Below are positions 53,381 to 61,278 of a stretch of 64,000 nt of DNA, piece after piece. A program made the translations under genes and the position numbers. The stretch lies in contig VHCZ01000004.1 of NCBI GenBank assembly GCA_016871535.1, positions 13,801-77,800 on the forward strand, read 5' to 3'. The notes beneath the pieces were generated by a model, which ran no database searches, was not told the origin of the DNA, and worked only from the letters and a program-made list of their open reading frames with translations. The number at the start of each line of letters is the position of its first letter. Positions within the stretch are counted from its first letter, which is position 1. Source of the stretch: Verrucomicrobiota bacterium (GTDB taxonomy: Bacteria > Verrucomicrobiota > Verrucomicrobiia > Limisphaerales > SIBE01).

Positions 53381-54685
53381 ATGAAACGATGCCTTTTGGG
53401 GAAATGGATGGGCCTGGCTATGCTCGGCGGCGCGGCTCTCAAGGTTTGGGCTGCCGAAGGCTCCGCAACCAACACCAACCTTGTGACGATCGACGCGCTG
53501 GTCGTGGAGGCGTTGCAAAACAATCCCGAACTCACATTCTACCAAGCCGAAGTCGCGGCCGCCAAAGCCGGACTCAAGACGGCCGGGCAGTGGGCGAATC
53601 CCGAAATCGCCGCATCGGCCGGGCAAAAAACTTTGCGCGGCCCCGGCTTCAGCGCGGAAGGCATGGCGTGGTCGGCGTCCGTGGCTCAGCCCTTCGAGTG
53701 GCCCGGACGCATCGGGCTGCGCAAAGCCATCGCCAACCGTGACGTTGAGCTGGCGGAACTTGGCTTCGAACGGTTTAAGGCCGCGTTGGCCTCCCGAATG
53801 CGCATTTTGGCCTACACGCTCTTCGCCGTACAGAAAAAGGCCGTGGCGGCTCGCGAAGTTGCAGACCGTTTCAGAGCGTTGCGCGAAGTGCTGGTGCAGC
53901 GCGACCCCGCGGGACTGACGCCGCTCCTGGAATTCCGCATCATTGAGGCTGGCGAGTTGATCTCCCAACGTGCCGCCACTCAGGCGGCACTCACCACGCA
54001 AACCGCGCTCCTGGAATTGAACCAACTGCGGGGTCGGGCGCTGGGCCTGCCGCTGTCCGTGGCGCAGACGAACCTCTCCTTCCGCGCGGTCGAAGCGGCC
54101 GAGACCCTGCTGACTCTCGCGCGCACAAACAACTTCGAGTTGCGTTTGCGCGCCGCGGAACTGGCGCAACAGGGTTTCCGCGTGGCGCTGGCCAGAAACG
54201 AGCGTTTTCCCGCGTTGAGCATCGGCCCGTCTTATTCGGTGGAAAAGGCGGGCGACCGCGAGCGGATTATCGGCGTGGGGATTTCCTTGCCGTTCCCACT
54301 CTGGAATCGCAACCAGGGCAACATCCAGGCGGCTCAAGCGCGTCAGGCCCAGGCGGAGACTTCCTACCTGGTTGTGCAACGCGAAATCGAACGCAAGGTG
54401 CTCGAAGCCACGCTGACCTACGAGACCAAACGGCGCGAAATCGCTGGCTGGCGGCCCGATGCCGTGCAGCATTTCAAAGATGCGGCGGAGCTCGCCGACC
54501 GCCATTACCGGCTCGGCGCCGTGCCGATTTCCACCTATGTCGAGTTGCAGAAGCAATACCTGGAAGCCGTCGAAAGCTTGCTCGACACCAAGAAAGAGGC
54601 GCTGGAATCGGCGGCGCAACTGGAGCTGCTCGTCGGCTCTCCGCTCTCACTGGTGATGGCGACCGCAAAGGAGGAGAAACCGTGA
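53381..54685 (+). CDS. TolC-family outer membrane efflux protein (CzcC/CusC-like)
   Basis: Signal peptide and a two-fold repeated OEP pattern (LVVEALQNNPEL..., ...AQAETSYLVVQREIERKV...). Confidence 0.85.
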   Translation: MKRCLLGKWMGLAMLGGAALKVWAAEGSATNTNLVTIDALVVEALQNNPELTFYQAEVAAAKAGLKTAGQWANPEIAASAGQKTLRGPGFSAEGMAWSASVAQPFEWPGRIGLRKAIANRDVELAELGFERFKAALASRMRILAYTLFAVQKKAVAAREVADRFRALREVLVQRDPAGLTPLLEFRIIEAGELISQRAATQAALTTQTALLELNQLRGRALGLPLSVAQTNLSFRAVEAAETLLTLARTNNFELRLRAAELAQQGFRVALARNERFPALSIGPSYSVEKAGDRERIIGVGISLPFPLWNRNQGNIQAAQARQAQAETSYLVVQREIERKVLEATLTYETKRREIAGWRPDAVQHFKDAAELADRHYRLGAVPISTYVELQKQYLEAVESLLDTKKEALESAAQLELLVGSPLSLVMATAKEEKP

Positions 54686-55674
54686 AACCTGTGCTGGAGT
54701 TGGCAAGAACAGCCGCCATGGCGCTTGTCATTATGCTGGCCGCGTGCGGAAGAGAAGCCAGCAGCCCGGTGCCGGCGGAGGAAAATGCCGTTGCGCTCGG
54801 TCCGCAGTTCAGCGCGAAGAAAGGCTTGCTCGTGCCTGAGGACACACGCCGATCACTCGGCTTGAAAATCGTTGAAGTCACGGAAAGGAAGATTTCCACG
54901 ACCGTTGAGGTGCCGTTGCGCGTGTACCGGTCCGACGACAAAAACTGCCTGGCAAGCGGCACGGTTGCGCTCCAGCAAGCGCAGCGGCTGAAGCCGGGCC
55001 AATCATTGCAGGTGCGCATTGAGGACGCCACAGAGGCCCTCGGCAAAATCATCGCGGTGAACGACACGCTGAGCAAGGCGTCCGGCCTAGTCGAAGTGCT
55101 GGTTGAGATCCGGAAGGGCCTCTCTGAGGTTGATAATCATGTCCCGCGGGATCAATCGCCTCCTTCCCCCTCACCCCAGCCCGCTCCCTTGAGGAGAGGG
55201 AGCACCATTTCCAGCGCAGGACAGGAACTCGCGGGACCGGTTGATCCGGAGCGGCATGGACAATTCCCTCTCCCTGGGGAGAGGGTCAGGGTGAGGGGAA
55301 AAGTGCCGGCAAGTGATCGATCGGGAATTCACACCCCCACGGCTCCGGCCAGCCAACAGCCCCTCACCATTCTGGTCGGGGCATTTCTGAGGGCATTCGC
55401 CACGGTGGATTCAGCCGAAGCGGTCACTGCGATTCCGCGCGCTGCGCTGGTCCAGTGCAGTGACGGTTATTCCGTTTACACGGTGAACGGCGAGCACTTG
55501 ATCCGCGCGGCCGTCAAAGTGGGCGCGGCCGACGCCGAATTCGTCGAAATCAAGGAGGGCCTTTACGCCGGCGACCAGGTGGTGGAGCACCCCGTCCTGT
55601 CGCTGTGGCTGACGGAGCTCGCAGCCGTCAAAGGCGGACAAGCGTGCTGCGTGATGCCGCCGAAGGGGAAGTGA
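54682..55674 (+). CDS. Efflux RND periplasmic adaptor-like lipoprotein (short type, with repeat insertion)
   Basis: GTG at 54682 overlaps the previous stop (GTGA), with AAGGAGGAG RBS. Lipobox LAAC. The C-terminal beta-rich VYTVNGEHLIRAAVKVGAADAEFVEIKEGLYAGDQVV is typical of the MFP barrel. Confidence 0.7.
   Translation: MKPVLELARTAAMALVIMLAACGREASSPVPAEENAVALGPQFSAKKGLLVPEDTRRSLGLKIVEVTERKISTTVEVPLRVYRSDDKNCLASGTVALQQAQRLKPGQSLQVRIEDATEALGKIIAVNDTLSKASGLVEVLVEIRKGLSEVDNHVPRDQSPPSPSPQPAPLRRGSTISSAGQELAGPVDPERHGQFPLPGERVRVRGKVPASDRSGIHTPTAPASQQPLTILVGAFLRAFATVDSAEAVTAIPRAALVQCSDGYSVYTVNGEHLIRAAVKVGAADAEFVEIKEGLYAGDQVVEHPVLSLWLTELAAVKGGQACCVMPPKGK
55166..55298. repeat. RepA inverted pair inside the adaptor CDS
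   Basis: CCCCCTCACCCCAGCCCGCTCCCTTGAGGAGAGGGAG (55166-55202) and TCCCTCTCCCTGGGGAGAGGGTCAGGGTGAGGGG (55265-55298). Confidence 0.7.
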
Positions 55675-55701
55675 GGCTGAGGAAGTGTCCAATGCGTCAA
55701 C

Positions 55702-55896
55702 TTAAGCACCTCGCGGCTCAGGGACGGAAAGATTCCGGCAAATCTTTCGGGAGAGATTCCTGCCGATCTCGGCATGACGGGGCACGGCTTCTTTCCGGCG
55801 TGTCCGGGGATTCCACCACACGGTGTGTTCGCCGCCCTCGCGGTAAAACTCGCAACCGTATTCGTGCAAATGCCGCAGAAGTTCGCGGCGTTTCAT
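55702..55896 (-). CDS. hicA: HicA-family mRNA interferase toxin
   Basis: MKRRELLRHLHEYGCEFYREGGEHTVWWNP...AVPRHAEIGRNLSRKICRNLSV. Confidence 0.85.
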   Translation of the reverse strand: MKRRELLRHLHEYGCEFYREGGEHTVWWNPRTRRKEAVPRHAEIGRNLSRKICRNLSVPEPRGA

Positions 55897-56135
55897 GCCA
55901 CCGTGATTACGTGGCGTTCCGCGCCTTTTCGAGTGAAGCTCAAAAGTTCCTCCTCCTGGATTTCGAGCATGAGTCTGATGGCTTCAGTCAGGCTGGCGAG
56001 ACACTCGGCCTTCGTGCGGCCCTGACCGTTGGCACCTGGAACCTCTGGACAGTAAGCGACGAACCACTTGCCGTCTCGTTGCACCAAAGCCGTAAAATGC
56101 CGGGAGGCTCCTTGCGGCCGAGCTGTCTTTCTCAT
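55893..56135 (-). CDS. hicB: HicB-family antitoxin (UPF0150 fold)
   Basis: FTALVQRDGKWFVAYCPEVPGANGQGRTKAECLASLTEAIRLMLE. 4-nt ATGA overlap with hicA. Confidence 0.8.
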   Translation of the reverse strand: MRKTARPQGASRHFTALVQRDGKWFVAYCPEVPGANGQGRTKAECLASLTEAIRLMLEIQEEELLSFTRKGAERHVITVA

Positions 56136-56200
56136 GCCTCCATCTTATCCAACGCGCGTGTCAGTCGCAAGCCCTGCCGATCTGCCATTCTGCAGCCAGC

Positions 56201-59200
56201 ATGATTTCCCGCGTGATTGACATCTCACTGCGGCATCGCGCTGCCCTGATGCTGGCGGCGGGACTGCTGGTCGCTTTGGGCGTTTGGTCGGCCACACGGC
56301 TGCCGATTGATTCGGTGCCGGACATCACGAATCCGCAAGTGCTGGTCAATACCGCGGTTCCGGCGCTGGCGCCCGAAGAAATCGAAACACTCGTCACGCT
56401 GCCCCTCGAAAGCCAGATGGCCGGGTTGCCAGGCATGATTGAACTGCGCTCCCTGTCGAAGTTCGGGCTGTCGCAAGTGCGGATGACATTCGAGGACGGC
56501 GTGGACCTTTACCGCACCCGGCAACTGGTCAGCGAGCGGTTGTTGAGCGCGGCGGAAATGATCCCGCCCGGGCTCCAGCCGCGGCTGGCGCCGATCAGCA
56601 CGGCGCTCGGCGAAATCTTCTATTATGCAGTCGAGTTCGCCGCGGATCCGAGACGAGTGTCGGAGCATTGGAGTAATGGAATGAGCCCCGCTGCCACTCA
56701 GCCCAGCACTCCAGCACTCCCACACTCCAGCTCTCTTTCCGTTCAGGAAAAGCTGATGTCGCTAAGACAACTTCAAGAATACGTCATCAGCCCACTGCTC
56801 CGGGCGACGCCGGGCGTTGCAGCGGTGAACACCTCCGGCGGATACGAACGGCAAATCGTGGTCACGCCGGACCCGGCGCGGTTGGCGGGCGTGGGCCTGA
56901 CCGTGGACGAACTGGCGCGCAAGCTGGCGGAAAACACGCAGAACGTCGGTGGTGGTCTGGTCGAAATCGGCGGCGAGCAAGTCGTCATTCGCGCGCACAA
57001 TCGCGTGAACACGGCGGACGAGATTGCAAACCTGCCGCTCAAGTTCGCGGGTTGGTCAACGCCGTTGCTCGTGAAGGATGTGGCCCACATCGGCATCGGG
57101 TCGAGCTTCCGCACCGGCGCGGCCACGGTGAACGGGGAAGAAGGTGTTATCGGCGGCGCGCTGATGTTGGCGGGCGGCAACAGCCGCATCGTCGCGCGAG
57201 ACGTGGCGGAGAAGCTCGCGAAAATTCAGGAGAAACTCCCGCCGGGCGTGGTCGTTCGCCCGCTTTACGATCGGTCCGATCTCGTCAACCGCACGCTGCA
57301 CACGGTCGCGCTGAATCTGTTCGAAGGCGCGGTGCTGGTGGTGGCGGTGCTGTTTGCCCTGCTCGGCAATCTGCGGGCCGCGTGCATCGTTGCGCTGGCC
57401 ATCCCGCTCTCGATGCTCTTCGCGGTCACCGGCATGGTGGGGAGCCGCGTGTCGGGAAATCTCATGAGCCTGGGCGCGATAGATTTTGGCCTCATCATCG
57501 ATGGCGCCGTGGTGATGGTCGAAAATATTGTCCGCCATTTGACCCAAAAGCAGCGGCAGCTCGGACGCGAACTCACCGCCGGCGAACGGCTGAGCGAAGT
57601 CGTTTACTCAGCGAAGCAGGTGGCGCATCCGATGTTCTTCGGCGTAGCCATCATCACCGTTGTCTATGTGCCGATTCTGGCGCTGGTGGGGATCGAAGGC
57701 AAAATGTTCCGGCCCATGGCGCTGACCGTTGTTTTCGCGTTGGCCGGCTCGTTGGCGCTGGCTTTGACGCTCATGCCCGTGCTCTGCGCGCTCTTTCTGC
57801 GCGTGCGGCCGCAGTCTGAAGTTCGCTCCGCTGAACCCGGTAGGGCGAGCCTGTCCCCAGCGAGCCAACTCGGACGTATTCCAAGCTCGTCCAGCGGCTC
57901 GCCGGGACGGACTCGCCCTACCGAGTTCAGGGCCCGTGAGCAGGGTTCTGAAACCAAGGAAGCTCTCCGCGAAACGATCCCCCTCACCCCATCCCTCTCC
58001 CCCAGTGGGGGAGAGGGTGTCCGCAGGACGGGAGAGGGGGAATCTCGTCAGTTCGAGGATCAAGAAAACAGGGAGGCTCCCCAGGAGGAAGGAACCTGGC
58101 TCGTTCGCTGGGTCAAGGCGCTCTACACGCCGGCGCTGGAGTTCGCATTCAGGTTTCGCCGGTTTGTGCTGGTGGCGGCGCTGCTGTTGTTCGCTTCGTC
58201 GCTGTGGGTTTTTCAGCGGCTGGGCGCGGAATTCATCCCGCAACTAGACGAAGGCACGATGCTGCTCCAATTCATCCGCAGCAGCAGCGCCGGACTGGAC
58301 GCGTCCACCGAGTTGCAGCGAAAGTCCGAGAAGCTGTTGTTGGAGAGGTTTCCCGAAATCGAACATCTCTTCGGTTTGATTGGCACCGCCGAGATCGCGG
58401 TCGATCCGATGGGGCCGAACGTGAGCGACACGTACGTGGAATTCAAACCGCGCCGCCAATGGCGCAAAACGAACGGGCACCCGATCACGAAGGCACAGCT
58501 CATCGAATTGATGCGGCGCGAACTCGCGGTCCACGCTCCAGGCCAGACCTATCTTTTCACGCAGCCGATCCAGATGCGCTTCAACGAAATGATGGCCGGC
58601 GTGCGCGCCGATATCGCGGTGAAAATTTACGGGGACGATTTCCGGGAACTGGAACGCATCGCCACCGAAGTTCGCGATTTGTTGCGAAGCCTGGCGCCAG
58701 AGAGCGACGTGGAATTCGATGCGTTCGGGCGCTCGCCCTTGCTGGAGATCAGTCCGGACCGTGAGGCCCTCCGCCGTTACAACTTGCCGACCGAACAGCT
58801 CAACCGGGTGATCGCGGCGGCGCTGGCCGGCGCGGAAGTGGGCACGATGATCGAAGGCAACCGGCGTTTCCCCATCGTGGTCCGGCTCGCTGAAGACGCG
58901 CGCCGCAGCATCGAAGTCATGAAGCGTTTGACCGTGCGCGCGGACGAGGGCGGCTTGCTCACTCTCGGACAACTCGCGCGTTTCAATATGATGGAGCAGG
59001 TGAGCGCGGTAACACGCGAGGCCGGTCAGCGGCGAGCCGCCGTGCTCGTGAACTTGCGCGGCCGCGATCTGCAAGGGTTCGTCAACCAAGCGATGCAACG
59101 GCTGAACGCGGAGGTGAAGCTCCCGCCCGGCTATTATTTTGAATTTGGAGGACAGTTCGAGAACCTGCAAAAGGCGCAGACGCGGTTGGCGTTGATTGTT

Positions 59201-59683
59201 CCCCTGGCGCTGATCTTGATCTTCCTCTTGATTTACATGAGCTCAGGGAGCGTCCGTCAGTCGGCCTTGGTTTTTGTTTGCGTGCCCCTGGCTGTGACGG
59301 GCGGCGTGTTGGCGCTGTGGCTGCGCGAAATGCCCTTCACCATCAGCGCGGGCGTGGGCTTCATCGCGCTCAGCGGTATTGCGGTGCTGAACGGAATCAT
59401 GTTGATCAGCTTCATCAATCAGCTCCGCCGCGAAGGCCGAAGCATACGGGAAGCCGTCATTGAGGGCACGCTCACGCGTCTTCGGCCGAAGTTAATGACG
59501 GCGCTCGTGGCCAGCCTCGGTTTTGTGCCCATGGCCCTTTCGACCGGAGCGGGCGCCGAAGTGCAGCGTCCGCTAGCGACCGTCGTCATTGGCGGGATCA
59601 TCTCTTCGACTTTCCTCACGCTGGTCCTGCTGCCCGTTCTGTACGAGTGGCTGGAGGGGAAGTCCGTAATCCGTAATCCGTAA
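56201..59683 (+). CDS. CusA/CzcA-family heavy-metal RND efflux pump
   Basis: MISRVIDISLRHRAALMLAAGLL..., 12-TM RND architecture, GAIDFGLIIDGAVVMVENI motif. 1160 aa, including an insert of about 95 aa in the TM6-TM7 cytoplasmic loop. Confidence 0.95.
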   Translation: MISRVIDISLRHRAALMLAAGLLVALGVWSATRLPIDSVPDITNPQVLVNTAVPALAPEEIETLVTLPLESQMAGLPGMIELRSLSKFGLSQVRMTFEDGVDLYRTRQLVSERLLSAAEMIPPGLQPRLAPISTALGEIFYYAVEFAADPRRVSEHWSNGMSPAATQPSTPALPHSSSLSVQEKLMSLRQLQEYVISPLLRATPGVAAVNTSGGYERQIVVTPDPARLAGVGLTVDELARKLAENTQNVGGGLVEIGGEQVVIRAHNRVNTADEIANLPLKFAGWSTPLLVKDVAHIGIGSSFRTGAATVNGEEGVIGGALMLAGGNSRIVARDVAEKLAKIQEKLPPGVVVRPLYDRSDLVNRTLHTVALNLFEGAVLVVAVLFALLGNLRAACIVALAIPLSMLFAVTGMVGSRVSGNLMSLGAIDFGLIIDGAVVMVENIVRHLTQKQRQLGRELTAGERLSEVVYSAKQVAHPMFFGVAIITVVYVPILALVGIEGKMFRPMALTVVFALAGSLALALTLMPVLCALFLRVRPQSEVRSAEPGRASLSPASQLGRIPSSSSGSPGRTRPTEFRAREQGSETKEALRETIPLTPSLSPSGGEGVRRTGEGESRQFEDQENREAPQEEGTWLVRWVKALYTPALEFAFRFRRFVLVAALLLFASSLWVFQRLGAEFIPQLDEGTMLLQFIRSSSAGLDASTELQRKSEKLLLERFPEIEHLFGLIGTAEIAVDPMGPNVSDTYVEFKPRRQWRKTNGHPITKAQLIELMRRELAVHAPGQTYLFTQPIQMRFNEMMAGVRADIAVKIYGDDFRELERIATEVRDLLRSLAPESDVEFDAFGRSPLLEISPDREALRRYNLPTEQLNRVIAAALAGAEVGTMIEGNRRFPIVVRLAEDARRSIEVMKRLTVRADEGGLLTLGQLARFNMMEQVSAVTREAGQRRAAVLVNLRGRDLQGFVNQAMQRLNAEVKLPPGYYFEFGGQFENLQKAQTRLALIVPLALILIFLLIYMSSGSVRQSALVFVCVPLAVTGGVLALWLREMPFTISAGVGFIALSGIAVLNGIMLISFINQLRREGRSIREAVIEGTLTRLRPKLMTALVASLGFVPMALSTGAGAEVQRPLATVVIGGIISSTFLTLVLLPVLYEWLEGKSVIRNP
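57839..58017. repeat. RepB element (57839-57922) plus RepA half-unit (57979-58017) inside the pump CDS
   Basis: GGTAGGGCGAGCCTGTCCCCAGCGAGCC...GGCTCGCCGGGACGGACTCGCCCTACC, then CCCCCTCACCCCATCCCTCTCCCCCAGTGGGGGAGAGGG. Confidence 0.75.
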
Positions 59684-59691
59684 TCCGCAAT
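59664..59691. repeat. Heptamer array CCGTAAT x3 plus CCGCAAT spanning the pump stop codon
   Basis: Read directly. The TAA stop at 59681-59683 lies within the repeat. Confidence 0.75.
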
Positions 59692-59701
59692 CAGAAATGC
59701 T

Positions 59702-60142
59702 ATGAAACGCATAATCCTCATATTGGCCGGCGTGCTTTGCGCCGGATTGATCACGGTGAATGCCGCCGACAAGAAACACCTCGGCGGACCCAAGGGCGGA
59801 CGGTTCCTGGAGAAAACCGAGCCGCGCGCCGAGTTCTTCCTGGAGAAAGATCACACCGTCACCATCACGTTCTACGACGCCGCGTTGAAGCTCGTGCCCG
59901 TGGCCACGCAGGTGGTCACGGTGATTGCGGAGGCGAAAACCGGCAGAACGAAGCTTGAGTTCGAGAAGAAGGGCGACGTGCTCGTCAGCAAGGCCAAGCT
60001 GCCTGCCGGCGACGGCTACAACCTGGTGGTGCAGTTCAAGCAGACCCCGGAATCGAAACCTCAGAACCACCGCTTCAAACTGGACCTGAGCACCTGCGCC
60101 GGCTGCAAACGCGCCGAGTACGCCTGCATTTGCGATGAGTGA
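59702..60142 (+). CDS. Small periplasmic protein with C-terminal Cys cluster (candidate metal-binding accessory)
   Basis: Signal peptide MKRIILILAGVLCAGLITVNA, beta-rich body, C-terminal STCAGCKRAEYACICDE (CxxCx6CxC). Lies 19 nt downstream of the RND pump. Confidence 0.6.
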   Translation: MKRIILILAGVLCAGLITVNAADKKHLGGPKGGRFLEKTEPRAEFFLEKDHTVTITFYDAALKLVPVATQVVTVIAEAKTGRTKLEFEKKGDVLVSKAKLPAGDGYNLVVQFKQTPESKPQNHRFKLDLSTCAGCKRAEYACICDE

Positions 60143-60370
60143 ACCTGGCAGTCCTTGCGGCAGGAGCGAAGGGTGAGCGTTGATCCGCCAGAATCGGTTG
60201 GGTTAACAGGAGCAAACAGAGGAAACAAGTGGAACGATCAGCGCCATCCGTACCCAAGGATGAATCGGTCCTTCACTATAGAGGCCTATCAATCTTTGTG
60301 TTCTTTGTGCTCGCTGTGGTTGATTTGAGAATCGCCAAGTTTATCGAACTCTGCTTGCCTGAGCACTGCC

Positions 60371-60619
60371 ATGCCGTACGAGCTGGAAATCAAAGACGAG
60401 GCGAAGACCAGATTGAGGGCCTTGCCGGAAGACATCCGTCGCGAGATCGGCTATCGGCTCCATCGCTTGCAACAGGATTCCAGCGGCGATGTGAAGAAGC
60501 TGCAGGGTTCCAAAAACCAATACCGGCTGCATGTAGGCGATCATCGCGTGCTGTTTGAATTGATCGGCAAACACATCGTGATCTATACGCTCGGCCCCAG
60601 AAAGGACATTTACCGATGA
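60371..60619 (+). CDS. RelE/ParE-family toxin
   Basis: ...VKKLQGSKNQYRLHVGDHRVLFELIGKHIVIYTLGPRKDIY is the classical RelE/ParE C-terminal pattern. Confidence 0.85.
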   Translation: MPYELEIKDEAKTRLRALPEDIRREIGYRLHRLQQDSSGDVKKLQGSKNQYRLHVGDHRVLFELIGKHIVIYTLGPRKDIYR

Positions 60620-60825
60620 GCACCGCCACCATGAAGGGCACGGCCCGCCGCCGCCCAGACCTGGATCGCCAGATCCGTGAGGCCAAGGCCATCCTGCGCG
60701 AACTGCGCGATACGCTTGAGGACTTCGACGACCGCCGTGAACTGGCTCGTGCGAAGAAACGAAACGCAGGCAAGCGCGGCACGGACTGGGAAACCGTCAA
60801 AAAGGAACTCGGTTTCGAGTTCTGA
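60616..60825 (+). CDS. Putative antitoxin located downstream of the toxin (unclassified)
   Basis: ATGA overlap with the toxin stop. 69 aa. LRELRDTLEDFDDRRELARAKKRN...DWETVKKELG resembles short antitoxin tails. No HTH or RHH recognised. Confidence 0.45.
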   Translation: MSTATMKGTARRRPDLDRQIREAKAILRELRDTLEDFDDRRELARAKKRNAGKRGTDWETVKKELGFEF

Positions 60826-60865
60826 TTCACGTCCCTGCTTGCCGCTCCAACTCGACCGTTCGCGA

Positions 60866-61200
60866 ATGCCCGATCCATTCCAATACGACGTTTTCCTGAG
60901 CCACAACCAGGCCAACAAGCCGCGGGTGCGGCGGCCGGCGGAACGGCTGCGGGCGGCGGGCGGCGACTTACCTCTCGACCTTCAACTCTCAACCCTCAAC
61001 CGGTTCAGTGGTTGGACCGCAGCACCGTTGGGAGGGGCAACATGCCCTTTCGCGATCCAGCCAACGCCGGTCGTCGCTTCATCCCGCTTCGGCACGCAAG
61101 ACTGAGGGAGTCCCATCGCCTGAACACACCGTCAAGAAGCTGCATGAGCCATTGCTTCAGGCTGGTTACTCTTGGGAAGAACACGATGCACCGGCCGAGC
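60866..61200 (+). pseudogene. Degraded TIR-domain gene
   Basis: Frame 1 reads MPDPFQYDVFLSHNQANKPRVRRPAERLRAAG (TIR betaA/alphaA). It then breaks into STLN-type repeat sequence. A second frame carries FRDPANAGRRFIPL (61012 frame), and a third frame further on carries Y.W.E-like residues. Confidence 0.55.
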
Positions 61201-61278
61201 CGAAAGACAGGATTCATTTCGGTTTGCCCTACCATTTTCTGAAATGGCTTCAGCAATCCCTTTGCGCCGCCTCAGCGG

